Virus record (IMG/VR): IMGVR_UViG_3300032323_001119
Location: 32,001 to 96,000 of that record
Source of the DNA: a virus
Strand: one strand, 5' to 3'
DNA: 64,000 nt
The position numbers and the translations under genes were made by a program. Shown here one piece after another: positions 27,354 through 37,626 of this stretch (positions are counted from its first letter, which is position 1; each line of letters opens with the position of its first letter). Below the pieces are notes generated by a model, which was not told the origin of the DNA, did not search any database, and saw only the letters and a program-made list of their open reading frames with translations.

Positions 27354-27651
27354 TGTTTTTCTCCCAAAATTGTATTAGTTCTTCTAGTACTGCCCACTCT
27401 ATTATACCAAGTCTTACCTTGGATTCGCTTCCTATTATTATTTTTAAAGCTGGGTGCATGTCCCTATTAACTTTAAATGTATCTGTACAAATCTTTGCCC
27501 AAACTTCTTTATTTAAAGTAAATGATTTGTTGGCCTCCTTGTAGTCTACAAGGAACTGATTCCACTGGGCATCACCTTTTTGATAATCTCCCCTTCCAGA
27601 ATTTTTTTGGGCTTTTGCCCCATCTCTTTTTACTTCAGACCTTTCAGACAT
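27340..27651 (-). CDS. PD-(D/E)xK nuclease, Hjc-type Holliday junction resolvase-like
   Basis: E...NSGRG..KGD.....VDYKE. Confidence 0.65.
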   Translation of the reverse strand: MSERSEVKRDGAKAQKNSGRGDYQKGDAQWNQFLVDYKEANKSFTLNKEVWAKICTDTFKVNRDMHPALKIIIGSESKVRLGIIEWAVLEELIQFWEKNNELI

Positions 27652-27658
27652 ATAAATA

Positions 27659-28465
27659 CTATTCCACTATGCTTTCTACAGGTGTTACTTTTATAAGCTG
27701 CAGATCATTTCTTACATACTCTTCTTCCTTTTGCTTTATTTTATTCCAGTCTAGCATTTCTCCTGGAATATTTTTTATGCTATATTCAAAAAATGATCTT
27801 AAGAAATACCTGCTATGATTTCTGTAAGATTTAACTGCATGGTAAAATGGATATGTCGAAGGCATAATTACCGCATCGCCAGGTCTTGGCTTATACTGAT
27901 AGCTTTTATTTGACAATGAATCATACATACAAATTTCTCCTCCGTCGTACTCATCATTAAGATAAAAATTAATTGTTGCAACTTCCCTTGACTCTTTAAA
28001 CTGACCTGGAATAATAAACTCGTCTACATGATATGGCATCATTATTTGATCTTTATCGAGCTCTGAGCTTGTGTGAAGTGTGTATTTAAAATAATCAATA
28101 TACTTTGTTCCAGGGTATTGATCAAAAGCAGACCAGTCGTTTATATACTCTGGCCATATACCATTGCTTGCTTTAAAATCATTAAAGTAGTCTTTGTATA
28201 TAAACTCTAGGCATCTTGATATTTCATCCATAAAAAATTTTTCTTTTTTTAGTGGTTCTGGACTTAAATCATTAACCTCTGAGTAGTAGCTATATGGAAC
28301 ATCTTTTCTAATTCCTTGCCCATACCATTCTCTCCATTTTGAAAACTTAGAATTCTCTGTGTCTTCTTCAAGAAGCTCTATTAAGCTATCGCTGTACTTA
28401 AAAATGTTTTTGTATATAACAATTTGAGGTGCTACTATAACTTTTTTTATTTCAGAGTAATTCAT
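27659..28465 (-). CDS. 2OG-Fe(II) oxygenase
   Basis: YHVD...YLNDEYDGGE...KPRPGD...PFYHAV...RYF. Confidence 0.88.
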   Translation of the reverse strand: MNYSEIKKVIVAPQIVIYKNIFKYSDSLIELLEEDTENSKFSKWREWYGQGIRKDVPYSYYSEVNDLSPEPLKKEKFFMDEISRCLEFIYKDYFNDFKASNGIWPEYINDWSAFDQYPGTKYIDYFKYTLHTSSELDKDQIMMPYHVDEFIIPGQFKESREVATINFYLNDEYDGGEICMYDSLSNKSYQYKPRPGDAVIMPSTYPFYHAVKSYRNHSRYFLRSFFEYSIKNIPGEMLDWNKIKQKEEEYVRNDLQLIKVTPVESIVE

Positions 28466-28466
28466 T

Positions 28467-28664
28467 TTATCCAATCTTGTGCACTGTTTCATGTCCATCA
28501 GAGCATGTCCATGACATTATTAAATTTTCAGGATCCCACAACCCACCATCCACATCAATATTACATTTAGAACAAGGCCGCAAGCCAGGTAAGACCTCAA
28601 ATGTGGAATTAAGATCTTTTTTTTCTTGAGTTTTTTTATTTAAAAACTCATTCAAATTTGGCAT
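28467..28664 (-). CDS. small Zn-ribbon protein
   Basis: CSKC...WTCSDGH. Confidence 0.7.
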   Translation of the reverse strand: MPNLNEFLNKKTQEKKDLNSTFEVLPGLRPCSKCNIDVDGGLWDPENLIMSWTCSDGHETVHKIG

Positions 28665-29652
28665 TTATTTCTTTTTCTAGTGCATGTAATACATCTGGAT
28701 TCTCTTTAATGTATTGGACTGCCTTAGCCCTTCCTTGTAAGCGCTCACCATTTACTGTATACCAGGCTCCACCTTTTTCTATAACGCCACACATTTCTGC
28801 AACATCTAACGTTTCTCCAACTCTATCTACACCAAGAGCTTCCCCTTGGTAGTAAAAGTCATATTGTCCTGATAGATTTGGGGGGCCGAGTTTGTTGTAA
28901 TCAATAATCCAGTTAACTGGCCTTCCGACCCTTTGCTCAATAATCTTGTCGCCAACTTTAATGCCAGCCTTGATAGCATTAGCCTCAGCTTCAGACGACC
29001 AAAGCTTAATGACGGTGGAAGAAAAGAACTTGACTGCCATGCCACCTGTTGGGATGTGACTAGCATGCATAGATCCAAACTGATTTCGTTGTTGAGATAT
29101 GAGAACAAGTAGTGTGTTTTTGTTTGCATAGTTTAACATTTTGACTGCGTGGGTCATATCCTTTGCTTCTGCGCCTATCTGCTTGGTATCCTGCAAATCT
29201 TTCATTTCATTCCCATCTTTTTCAAAATAGATGGCTGGGAGTAAGGCTGATATTGAGTCAACAACAATCATGTCGACTCCTGCATCCATAAGTTTTGTAG
29301 CAACATCAACCATATCGTTTACTGTTTTAGCTGGAGAATAAATAAGGGAAGACGAATCTACTCCAAGAAGCTCTGCCCATGACTGATCGTATGAAGCTTC
29401 TGCATCAATCCATGCACATGTCTTGCCTTCTTTTTGGGCCAAAGCAATCATCTGTAAGCAAAACGAGGACTTTCCAGCTGATTTATTTCCCCACACTAAT
29501 ACCTGTCGACCATATCCTAGACCGCCTTTAAGAGCCATATTCAGTCCTATACTAGGTGTTAGTTGTTTTTCAACTTTTACATCTTGTGCAGACTGCACCC
29601 TAGATCTTGTTTTTGGGTCTAGCTTAGATAATATATTGTCTATAGCTATCAT
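28648..29652 (-). CDS. recA: RecA-like recombinase
   Basis: GNKSAGKS, WIDAE, IVVDS, ISQQR, TGG.A.KF, GAWY. Confidence 0.92.
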   Translation of the reverse strand: MIAIDNILSKLDPKTRSRVQSAQDVKVEKQLTPSIGLNMALKGGLGYGRQVLVWGNKSAGKSSFCLQMIALAQKEGKTCAWIDAEASYDQSWAELLGVDSSSLIYSPAKTVNDMVDVATKLMDAGVDMIVVDSISALLPAIYFEKDGNEMKDLQDTKQIGAEAKDMTHAVKMLNYANKNTLLVLISQQRNQFGSMHASHIPTGGMAVKFFSSTVIKLWSSEAEANAIKAGIKVGDKIIEQRVGRPVNWIIDYNKLGPPNLSGQYDFYYQGEALGVDRVGETLDVAEMCGVIEKGGAWYTVNGERLQGRAKAVQYIKENPDVLHALEKEINAKFE

Positions 29653-30029
29653 TAGTTTTTGTAAAGAGGGCTAGTGTGATCAACAAATCCTACTTCGGTT
29701 TTGTTTCTTGTGCATGTATATCCAACTAAATCTACTGGGTCATCATTATCCATGCTGTATCTAAGCTCAAAGCCAAATTCATCTGTATTTGGGTTGTAGG
29801 TTATTGCCATTGATGAGCCGTGATTGTAAATAAAATCGTTTGGCCAAAGCTGCTCGACCTCTGCCAATTCCATTAAATTTTTTCTTGGAACAGTAAGCTT
29901 TCCATAATGAGCTAAGATAGCAACTAGTGTGTTCGTTCCTTTTAGATTTGATGCAATTTTTCCGTTTAGGTCCCAATCCTCTTGAGACACATTATATCCG
30001 TTTTCATAAACAACGTCATGATCTTTCAT
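29652..30029 (-). CDS. hypothetical protein, apparent paralog of 30094..30291
   Basis: Shared LVA....G....P...(D/T)YN.....F.F.L pattern; AAGGA RBS. Confidence 0.7.
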   Translation of the reverse strand: MKDHDVVYENGYNVSQEDWDLNGKIASNLKGTNTLVAILAHYGKLTVPRKNLMELAEVEQLWPNDFIYNHGSSMAITYNPNTDEFGFELRYSMDNDDPVDLVGYTCTRNKTEVGFVDHTSPLYKN

Positions 30030-30093
30030 AATTTCTTCCTTCTTCTCTGTATTAGTATACCATTTTAAAATAGACTTGGGAATAGAATTTTCA

Positions 30094-30291
30094 TTAATCT
30101 TTTAATTTTAATTTAAAAGTAAATGTTCCATTTTCTTGATTATAATCAACTTGAAGCTCTTTATCCTCATTTGTAGCGTTTAAAAAATCTGTAACTGGTA
30201 AAGATATTTCACCAATGCTTTGAATTGTTGCAACTAAAATCTTGGCAACATTAAGCTGTGCGTACACCTCTTCAATATTTAAATCACTCAT
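30094..30291 (-). CDS. hypothetical protein
   Basis: ATGA overlap with dnaE. Confidence 0.75.
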   Translation of the reverse strand: MSDLNIEEVYAQLNVAKILVATIQSIGEISLPVTDFLNATNEDKELQVDYNQENGTFTFKLKLKD

Positions 30292-33200
30292 TTTATTTCC
30301 TTTATATTTAAAGTTCCATCATCTAGTTTAGATAGAACAACCTTGCATTTCATTCCTTCACGCATCTTAGCAAGAGTCATTTTATACATTGTAGGGAATG
30401 CAATTGCTCTAGTCAATTCTTTATTTCTATTTGAAAGGACTATGTGGCTCATTGTCTTTCCTGCTTTTGTTGTGTATGGCGTAAAGTTAACAACAATATA
30501 TTCATCTTCTTCTAAATCATATTCTTTTCTATATAAATAATCTACAAACATATCTTTTGATGATGGATCAATATCTGACACCTTAATATATCTAGCAATT
30601 CTATTGTCTCCAACTAGAATAAAATACATCTGACCAACTTCAATTTGTGTTTGTTCATTATGGAAAAGTCCAATTGATCCAGTTTCATCTACAATCTCTA
30701 CTCTTGCCCATCCAGAACCACGCTTAATTCCCTTGACCATTCCGAACATAACAAAAGAGCCGAGATCGTCAAATTCTTCAATGGGTCTAGCTTGTGCTTT
30801 AACTCTAGGGGGTATTCCCTCTAAGTTAAATGTTGGGATACCTAAATATTCATAGTAGTTATCCTTTTCATTGCCCTGTCTTGGGTTATCCTTAAATGCT
30901 GCTGCACCAATTGCATTTAGGGAGCTTACTGCCCTGCTGTTAATGCCGCTTCCTTTAGACGAAGCAACTGAAACAAACTGGTTGTAGTTGTCGTAAGGTC
31001 TATTATCAATAATTTTATTTGCAATGTTATCAGAAATAAATTTAATTTCAGATAAACCAAATCTAATAGCATCTTTTTGCAATGAAAAATAAAGATCAGA
31101 TTCATTAACATGTGGAAGAAGAACTTTTAGTCCTAGTCTTTTAGACTCAATAAGGTACTCTGTTCTCGCATCTTTATCATTTTCATTCTTAAGGATTGAA
31201 AACATGAACTCAAGTGGGTAGTAAAACTTAAGCCAAGCAGTATAATAGCTAAGCATAGAGTAAGCAACAGCATGGGAACGGTTAAAAGAATAGCCAGCAT
31301 GCGCTTCAAAATCGTGCCATAGCGCCTCTGCTTTTTTCTTAGTAATGTGCTCTGAAGCCCCAGTAACAAACCTATCTTTGAACTGGTCAAACTCTTTTGC
31401 ATCTTTTTTCTTTCCAATAATCTTGCGGACCTTATCAGCCTCTGCCCAAGTCATACCACCCAAGTGTACGCATGCCTGCATAACTTGCTCTTGATATATA
31501 ATAACACCATATGTGTTCTCGGTAAATGGCTTCATAATTGTATGCATGTAGTCTACTGCTTCATCCCCATGCTTACGCTTGATGTAGGCAGCTCCAACAG
31601 TATTCATGGCTCCTGGTCTTACCAAAGCGTTTGAAGCAACTAAATCTTCAAACTTGTCTGTACCCATTTTAATTAAAAGATTTGTGTAGGGTGTAGCTTC
31701 TGCCTGAAACACGCCCTTAGTGTAACCTTCGCTAAGCATTTTATAAACTTCTGGATCATCTAATGATATATCTGACAGTACTATGTCCTTGCCAGTTCTG
31801 GACTTAATAGACTTAATTGTGTCTGATATAACAGAAAGAGTTTTTAGTCCCAAAGCATCGAGTTTAATAAGACCAATATCTGCAACAGTGTCCATGTCAT
31901 ATGCAACTACTGGTATTCTGCCAGATACTTTATCCTGTGCATCTTCTCTGGATTCAACTGGAGCAAACTTTCTAAGGTCATCCTTTGCAACTACAACTCC
32001 TGCTGCGTGTACACCAACTGATCTAATACGACCACGAAGTCTATCTGCAAGCCAAACTACTTCTGGATACTTGGCTCTAAATTCTTTTGTGTTAGGGGAA
32101 GTAATAAAATCTTCAAACGTATCAATTGATTTCATTGCACGGTTAACTTCTTGCAGTGGTACCATAAATATTCGTGCTGCATCACGAATTACACCTTTAT
32201 CTTTAAAGTATGTATATGTAGAAATAGATGCAACATGCTTAAACTTTTTCTTAAGATATTCTTTTACTTCTTTACGACGTCTGTCTTCAAAGTCTGTATC
32301 AATATCTGGGAAGTCATTGCGCTCTGGATTAATAAATCTAAAGAATAGAAGATCGTATTTAATGGGATCGACATCTGTAATTCCTAAAGAATAGCAAACA
32401 AGTGAGCCTGCTGCAGAACCACGACCAGGCCCAACACGAATATCATTTGTCTTTGCCCAGTTAATCATATCAGCAATAACTAGAAAGTATGATGCAAAAT
32501 TCTTTGAGGCAATAACGGAAAGTTCTTCTTCAACCCTATCGATATAAACTTGATTGTCAGATAATCCTAGACTAGAAAGCCCTTGGTAAGACATTTCACG
32601 CAACTTATCGTCAGCATCTGTTTTTGGAACTGGCAGAAGATCGAGACCCTGATAGAAATCATATTCCTCAACTTTGTCTGAAATCTCCATTGTGTTTTCG
32701 TATATATCTGTACGAGAAATGCCAGAAGCATTAAAGTCAGCCTCAATTTCTGAACGTGATTGTATAAATAGATTATAGTCCTGAAAAGAAATTCTACGAT
32801 CAGGATAAAGATAGTTAAATCTTTCCATCATGTCTTTAATGTTTCTAGACATTTCAAAGTCTGAATCTTTATCAATCTTTGGAGATGTAGACAGAATGAG
32901 AAGTGCTTCTTCTAAAACTCTGTCTTCTTCTTTAGCAAAGTGAGCATCTCCTGTAGCAACCGCTTTAATTTTTAGCTCGTCTGCTAATTCAAGAAGCTTA
33001 TCGTTTATTTCTTTTGGGTTATGAGACTGTACTTCAACATAAAAATCATCACCGAAAGTTTTTTGAAAATCCTTGAGAACCAATTTAGCTTCACTAAACT
33101 CGCTCCTTTCGATAGCCTTAGAAATAAGACCATTAAGGCAGCCAGAAAGGACAATAATACCCTCTGCATACTCTTTTAATACCTCTCTATCAATACGTGG

Positions 33201-33557
33201 CTTATGATAAAAACCTTCATTCCAGGCAAGCTCCTGAAGTATGTTAATATTCTCCAACCCCTTTTTATTCTTCGCTAGCAAAATAATATGGTTATAGGCT
33301 TGTATAGATTTATCTGTTTTAGAAGATCTATCAAATCTATCTGTTGGAGAAATGTACGCCTCAACACCAAGAATCGGCTTAATGCCAGTTTCCTTTGCGG
33401 CAATCTGCATATCTCTGTGTGAAGAGAGGGTACCATGGTCTGTGATTGCAATCGCTGTCTGTCCAGCATCTAACGCTGCTTGACATAATTCTTTAGGTGA
33501 ATTTAGTCCATCCATTAATGAATAATAGGAGTGAACATGTAAGTGCGTAAAACTCAT
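30288..33557 (-). CDS. dnaE: DNA polymerase III alpha subunit
   Basis: PHP HLHVHSYYSLMDG, TDHG; GPGRGSAAGS; PDIDTD; HAAGVV; YSFNRSHA; start at MSFTH. Confidence 0.97.
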   Translation of the reverse strand: MSFTHLHVHSYYSLMDGLNSPKELCQAALDAGQTAIAITDHGTLSSHRDMQIAAKETGIKPILGVEAYISPTDRFDRSSKTDKSIQAYNHIILLAKNKKGLENINILQELAWNEGFYHKPRIDREVLKEYAEGIIVLSGCLNGLISKAIERSEFSEAKLVLKDFQKTFGDDFYVEVQSHNPKEINDKLLELADELKIKAVATGDAHFAKEEDRVLEEALLILSTSPKIDKDSDFEMSRNIKDMMERFNYLYPDRRISFQDYNLFIQSRSEIEADFNASGISRTDIYENTMEISDKVEEYDFYQGLDLLPVPKTDADDKLREMSYQGLSSLGLSDNQVYIDRVEEELSVIASKNFASYFLVIADMINWAKTNDIRVGPGRGSAAGSLVCYSLGITDVDPIKYDLLFFRFINPERNDFPDIDTDFEDRRRKEVKEYLKKKFKHVASISTYTYFKDKGVIRDAARIFMVPLQEVNRAMKSIDTFEDFITSPNTKEFRAKYPEVVWLADRLRGRIRSVGVHAAGVVVAKDDLRKFAPVESREDAQDKVSGRIPVVAYDMDTVADIGLIKLDALGLKTLSVISDTIKSIKSRTGKDIVLSDISLDDPEVYKMLSEGYTKGVFQAEATPYTNLLIKMGTDKFEDLVASNALVRPGAMNTVGAAYIKRKHGDEAVDYMHTIMKPFTENTYGVIIYQEQVMQACVHLGGMTWAEADKVRKIIGKKKDAKEFDQFKDRFVTGASEHITKKKAEALWHDFEAHAGYSFNRSHAVAYSMLSYYTAWLKFYYPLEFMFSILKNENDKDARTEYLIESKRLGLKVLLPHVNESDLYFSLQKDAIRFGLSEIKFISDNIANKIIDNRPYDNYNQFVSVASSKGSGINSRAVSSLNAIGAAAFKDNPRQGNEKDNYYEYLGIPTFNLEGIPPRVKAQARPIEEFDDLGSFVMFGMVKGIKRGSGWARVEIVDETGSIGLFHNEQTQIEVGQMYFILVGDNRIARYIKVSDIDPSSKDMFVDYLYRKEYDLEEDEYIVVNFTPYTTKAGKTMSHIVLSNRNKELTRAIAFPTMYKMTLAKMREGMKCKVVLSKLDDGTLNIKEIK

Positions 33558-33763
33558 TAATATCCGCCTGTGCATTCATTTCTTGTATGATAAAGTCTAA
33601 TCTTAGTCATAGTCTTTTTATTTGGTGCATATAAATCTTCTTTACAACAGCTGCATTGCATGTGCCACTCTCTTGCAAAGAAATCATAGAGCATGCCTTT
33701 GTAGTCTCTATACTTGTTAGAAACAAAAGTTTCAAACGGGTCTGGTATTTCGTATGAGATCAT
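33557..33763 (-). CDS. Zn-binding hypothetical protein
   Basis: CSCC...HTRNEC; TAATG coupling to dnaE. Confidence 0.75.
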   Translation of the reverse strand: MISYEIPDPFETFVSNKYRDYKGMLYDFFAREWHMQCSCCKEDLYAPNKKTMTKIRLYHTRNECTGGY

Positions 33764-33785
33764 TATGCTATTTTACTAAATAAAG

Positions 33786-33811
33786 CAGGGGCAGTCAATA
33801 GACTGCCCCTG
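33786..33811 (-). terminator. terminator hairpin after ssb, overlapping the -35 of the next promoter
   Basis: CAGGGGCAGTC-TATT-GACTGCCCCTG then CTTTATTT; TTGACT-17-TAAAAT overlaps it. Confidence 0.7.
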
Positions 33812-33822
33812 ACGATAATTAG

Positions 33823-34500
33823 TTACCAGACCAGGTTGCTATCTGAATCTGATGAAGCTGGTGCTTCTTGGTTTCCGCCTTCACCATTAAAGAAAGCTTC
33901 TTGCTCTGTGTATGGTAAGTCACGAATTGCGGTTGTTTCTAAGTCATACAGCTCAAGTGCTGATGAATCAAATGGCGTTTCATCTTTAGCCAAAGGAATG
34001 ATTGTGTAGCTTGTGTCTGTCTTTGTACCAGTACGCTTAATACGCCACATCAAGTTTGTAATGCTTCCCATTTCGCCAGCATACTCAATAAGGGTTGGCG
34101 TAATTGTTTTTCCACTTGATCCTTGTGAAAGAATTGCTACATATGGCTCTTCCTTGCCATCATCAATAAGCACGTTCATGTAAAGTCGTGAACGACCTTT
34201 CCATCCTGCCTTATAATCTTTACGGTGTTGTTCGCAACCATAACACTTGCCCTGATCTTCCATTGAGCATAGTGCCTTGCGCTTATAGTCTTTCGGGTTT
34301 GTATGCTCTACAGCAATAAATCCCAGTCCTTTAGACTCATCATATGTTGGTGAGTCTGGGTCAAGCTCTTGCAAGAAACGAACTTTTACGCTCTCTGCAT
34401 CTTCTAGCTTTGCCCAACGTGCTTTTGTTCCATCGTTTTCGCTGTACGAAGGCTTGTCCATGACTTGATTAAGTCCTTTTAATCCTTTTACAATACCCAC
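33823..34500 (-). CDS. single-stranded DNA-binding protein (gp32-like)
   Basis: KVRFL, H...C...CYGC Zn site, IKRTG..TDTSY, acidic C-terminus ending in W. Confidence 0.75.
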   Translation of the reverse strand: MGIVKGLKGLNQVMDKPSYSENDGTKARWAKLEDAESVKVRFLQELDPDSPTYDESKGLGFIAVEHTNPKDYKRKALCSMEDQGKCYGCEQHRKDYKAGWKGRSRLYMNVLIDDGKEEPYVAILSQGSSGKTITPTLIEYAGEMGSITNLMWRIKRTGTKTDTSYTIIPLAKDETPFDSSALELYDLETTAIRDLPYTEQEAFFNGEGGNQEAPASSDSDSNLVW

Positions 34501-34555
34501 TTGTATCCTCTTTTCCTATAGTTGATGGTATAGATCCATCTGTTGTTTTAGTATA

Positions 34556-35551
34556 TCATATCCAAGAACGATATTCAATATCTGATACTGAATTTTTTAT
34601 ACATGTTTTTATTTCTTGCTCAGTTAAATCACCAGCATCTTTTGCTTTATTTGGATATATCTCTTTGTAACTAAATGAAGCCCAAGAAATATCTTTGTTT
34701 CGAAGCTTACTAGAAATAGACCTACCTAGTTCTCTGCCTGCCTCATCTGCATCTGTCATAATTATAATCTTATTAAAATATCTATTTAACAGAGACTGTT
34801 GCTCATTAGAAAGGAATCCTCCTAATGTAGCAACAACATTTGGAAACCCAGCCTGATGTATTCTTATTGCATCAAAATTAGATTCGCATACTATTACCTG
34901 CTCACCAATCTTTTTGGCTCTATGAATATTAAATAAAGTTTTGCTTTTTGGAAGGCTCGTACTATTTTTAAATGTTTTACCTTCAATAGACCTGCCAACA
35001 ATTCCTATTGGAATTGAATCTGGGCTGTGTACTGGAGTAACCACCATATTCATTGCTGTAGAATATCCAAGTTGAAAATGCTTCATAGACTCAATGCTTA
35101 TTCCTCTTGACTCAAGGTAATCCCTTGCATTCTTATTGCCTGCAAGATCTGCGTGTAGCCTATCTAGAGTTTCTTGAGGAAATTCTTGAAAGACTGGCTT
35201 GTCAGCAAGCATCTCCTCCATAACCTGGTCAAAGTTATTAAGGACTTCTGTTTCCTTGCTAGCAATTAATCTTAAAGACTGAAAGTCATTCTTGTCCATA
35301 GTTCTTTTGATAAGATCAATCAGTGTTCCAGTTTCACCACATGCTGGGTTAAAGCATATAAACGCACCAGAAGTTTGGCTTACGCTAAAGCTAGATGTAT
35401 GTCTATTAGAATGAAATGGGCAATAGCATAGAAAGTCATTGCCTGTCTCACCAACAATATTCAGTCCAATTTCTTTTAAGACTGATTTGATGTGGCTTGG
35501 GGCATATTCCTTGGTATCAATCTGTTTTGAGTTGTACCCTCTAATTGCCAT
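34556..35551 (-). CDS. dnaG: DNA primase
   Basis: CPFH...CFNPAC Zn finger; TOPRIM CESNFD...DADEAG...KDAGD. Confidence 0.92.
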   Translation of the reverse strand: MAIRGYNSKQIDTKEYAPSHIKSVLKEIGLNIVGETGNDFLCYCPFHSNRHTSSFSVSQTSGAFICFNPACGETGTLIDLIKRTMDKNDFQSLRLIASKETEVLNNFDQVMEEMLADKPVFQEFPQETLDRLHADLAGNKNARDYLESRGISIESMKHFQLGYSTAMNMVVTPVHSPDSIPIGIVGRSIEGKTFKNSTSLPKSKTLFNIHRAKKIGEQVIVCESNFDAIRIHQAGFPNVVATLGGFLSNEQQSLLNRYFNKIIIMTDADEAGRELGRSISSKLRNKDISWASFSYKEIYPNKAKDAGDLTEQEIKTCIKNSVSDIEYRSWI

Positions 35552-35778
35552 GCCTTCTTCTTTCCTACGTATATTCCATGGAGAGTCATTAAGAACTTCC
35601 ATGTTTCTCCAGTAAACTCAATTGAGAATGCTGGGTCTATATCCAATACTCTTACATATCCTTTGCCACGCATATCTTGCACTAGCAAATTTTCATATTG
35701 AGGCCTTAAGCTTATGAGTTGTGCATTGTCATAAAACTGTACCTCAATTTGAAATCTTTTAATTCTTTTGTGAGTCAT
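35476..35778 (-). CDS. hypothetical protein
   Basis: 100-aa ORF between helicase and primase. Confidence 0.7.
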   Translation of the reverse strand: MTHKRIKRFQIEVQFYDNAQLISLRPQYENLLVQDMRGKGYVRVLDIDPAFSIEFTGETWKFLMTLHGIYVGKKKAWQLEGTTQNRLIPRNMPQATSNQS

Positions 35779-37006
35779 TGGCGAAAGGATTTTCGTAAAT
35801 CTCTTTGACGATACCCCTATTGATATCCCAATCTAGGAATACGCCAAAGTCGTGTCCATGTCTATTCTTTCTGGATACAACCTCAATCATGTCAGTACCC
35901 TTATACTTATGAATTGCCATAGCCATATCAGCATCGTACTCAATTGCTTTAGACCATGCAACTTGACTCATCATTGGTGGATTGTCTTGATCAGTAATAT
36001 CATCTGCTGTAGCAGCAGTAATATCAATAATTGGAATATTATTTCTTACTGCTAAGTTTTTAAACTCACGAGAGATATTCATATTACGTTCTGTTGGAGC
36101 TTTTGAGTTATTGTTATCTGTAAATAGCTGGTGATAATCAAGAATAACGATGTCTGGCTTATGCTGATCGATCTTTGCCTGAATAGCATTAGGGGTTACA
36201 TTACCAGAGCCTTCATTAGAAACTAGAATAAACTTATTCTTATCCGCAAACTTTTTACTAGACCAGCTACGGAAGTCATCGATATTAATGTCTCCCTTTG
36301 CAAAGTCGCTGGCCTTAAATAGACCTGAACCAAGCATAGTATAAATACGGTCACGCATATTCTCTGGAGTCATTTCAAGAGAAACGATCATAGGCTTAAA
36401 TCCCTGTTCCCAAGCCTTACAGGCTAGGTAGGATGTAAACCATGTCTTTCCACGTCCTGGCCATCCAATGGCTACTATAAGGTGTCCTGGAGCCATTCCA
36501 GTAGGGTATGCTAGGTCGATTGACTGGAACCCAGTCTTAATACCTGGAGAGCCACCCATCTCGGCTGTACGGACCTTGAGAGCCTCTAAATGCTTGATTG
36601 CATTATCTGAGTCGGTTACGTCTAGGTCACGAACATTATTAGTATATTTATTTAAACTGGCAAGCTGAGATTGTAACTCTCCAATAACTCTTGAGGCCAC
36701 ATCTTCTTTAAGCATAGAGCCACCACGAATTAAAATACTCTTTAGTCTGCTAGCCAAGAATTCATTCTTAAGATTATCTAGGTAGTATGCTGTTTCAGCA
36801 GTAGCATTAAGGTCTGGCTCAAAGTCTTTAAACTTTTCTTGCAGGATTCCTACCTCTGGGATTGCCTTAAACTGATTATAATATGATTTAAGTCCATTCC
36901 AAACATCTCCATGTGAAGTAAATAATTCATCAACATTCTCAGCCATAACCGTACTAATATCTTTATTCTTGCATATAGCAGAGATCAGTGTTGCTTCTGT
37001 ATTCAT
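35759..37006 (-). CDS. dnaB: replicative DnaB-like helicase
   Basis: GWPGRGKT, SLEM, ILDY, IEYDAD, KNRHG. Confidence 0.93.
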   Translation of the reverse strand: MNTEATLISAICKNKDISTVMAENVDELFTSHGDVWNGLKSYYNQFKAIPEVGILQEKFKDFEPDLNATAETAYYLDNLKNEFLASRLKSILIRGGSMLKEDVASRVIGELQSQLASLNKYTNNVRDLDVTDSDNAIKHLEALKVRTAEMGGSPGIKTGFQSIDLAYPTGMAPGHLIVAIGWPGRGKTWFTSYLACKAWEQGFKPMIVSLEMTPENMRDRIYTMLGSGLFKASDFAKGDINIDDFRSWSSKKFADKNKFILVSNEGSGNVTPNAIQAKIDQHKPDIVILDYHQLFTDNNNSKAPTERNMNISREFKNLAVRNNIPIIDITAATADDITDQDNPPMMSQVAWSKAIEYDADMAMAIHKYKGTDMIEVVSRKNRHGHDFGVFLDWDINRGIVKEIYENPFANDSQKN

Positions 37007-37323
37007 AGTCCGCCTTCCTCCACCATCTTTTTAGTTTGCTCTCTTAGCAAACGACGAGTTTCCATATCTCTTTGAAGCTCTACTCTAGCCTGCTCCATCT
37101 TGTCAAAATTATAATAAAAAAACTGTAGCGGGTGCCCAAACTTTTCTAGAGAAAAGTAATAGTTCATAAGATCAATAGCCTTATCAAGACCAACACTATC
37201 TATTACATCTTGCATTGCCCATTTTTCTCTGAACTTATTTAGAGTAGCAGGCTTTTTATATTTCTCTAAATAAAGATTCTGATATATGGTCATCAGGACA
37301 TATGGCTCTTTATTATTTGCCAC
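37003..37323 (-). CDS. hypothetical protein
   Basis: Directly upstream of dnaB with ATGA overlap. Confidence 0.7.
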   Translation of the reverse strand: MANNKEPYVLMTIYQNLYLEKYKKPATLNKFREKWAMQDVIDSVGLDKAIDLMNYYFSLEKFGHPLQFFYYNFDKMEQARVELQRDMETRRLLREQTKKMVEEGGL

Positions 37324-37516
37324 TCTTAAGCTCTTCTTCTACCTCGGCTGTTTTTTGAATTAGCTTACCTTCAACAAATGCATACACTCTTTCTGTAGCA
37401 GAGTCTACAGTTTCTCCTTGACGAACATCATCCTCTACGCCAACATTTATCTTGATGCTTTCGTAGTTGCCTAAATTCCTTGTAAAGGAAAGATCTACCT
37501 TAACTCGTGTTGTCAT
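37313..37516 (-). CDS. hypothetical protein
   Basis: TRNLGNYES motif; 67 aa. Confidence 0.75.
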   Translation of the reverse strand: MTTRVKVDLSFTRNLGNYESIKINVGVEDDVRQGETVDSATERVYAFVEGKLIQKTAEVEEELKSGK

Positions 37517-37626
37517 TTGTGTTCCGCCTTCTTGTGTCTATTTAATGTATCATTTGCAAATATACCCCAGCGCACAACGATATCTTTGCTACAGATGTCG
37601 CAGGTAACGACTCTACCTTTTTCCAT
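37513..37626 (-). CDS. 37-aa C2H2-like Zn-finger protein
   Basis: Hand translation MEKGRVVTCDICSKDIVVRWGIFANDTLNRHKKAEHK*; coupled at both ends. Confidence 0.65.
   Translation of the reverse strand: MEKGRVVTCDICSKDIVVRWGIFANDTLNRHKKAEHK

Noticed and set aside
21838-37006. Inteins or introns in terL, recA, dnaE, dnaB
   Set aside because: Lengths are normal, motifs are contiguous, and no splice-junction or homing-endonuclease signatures were seen.
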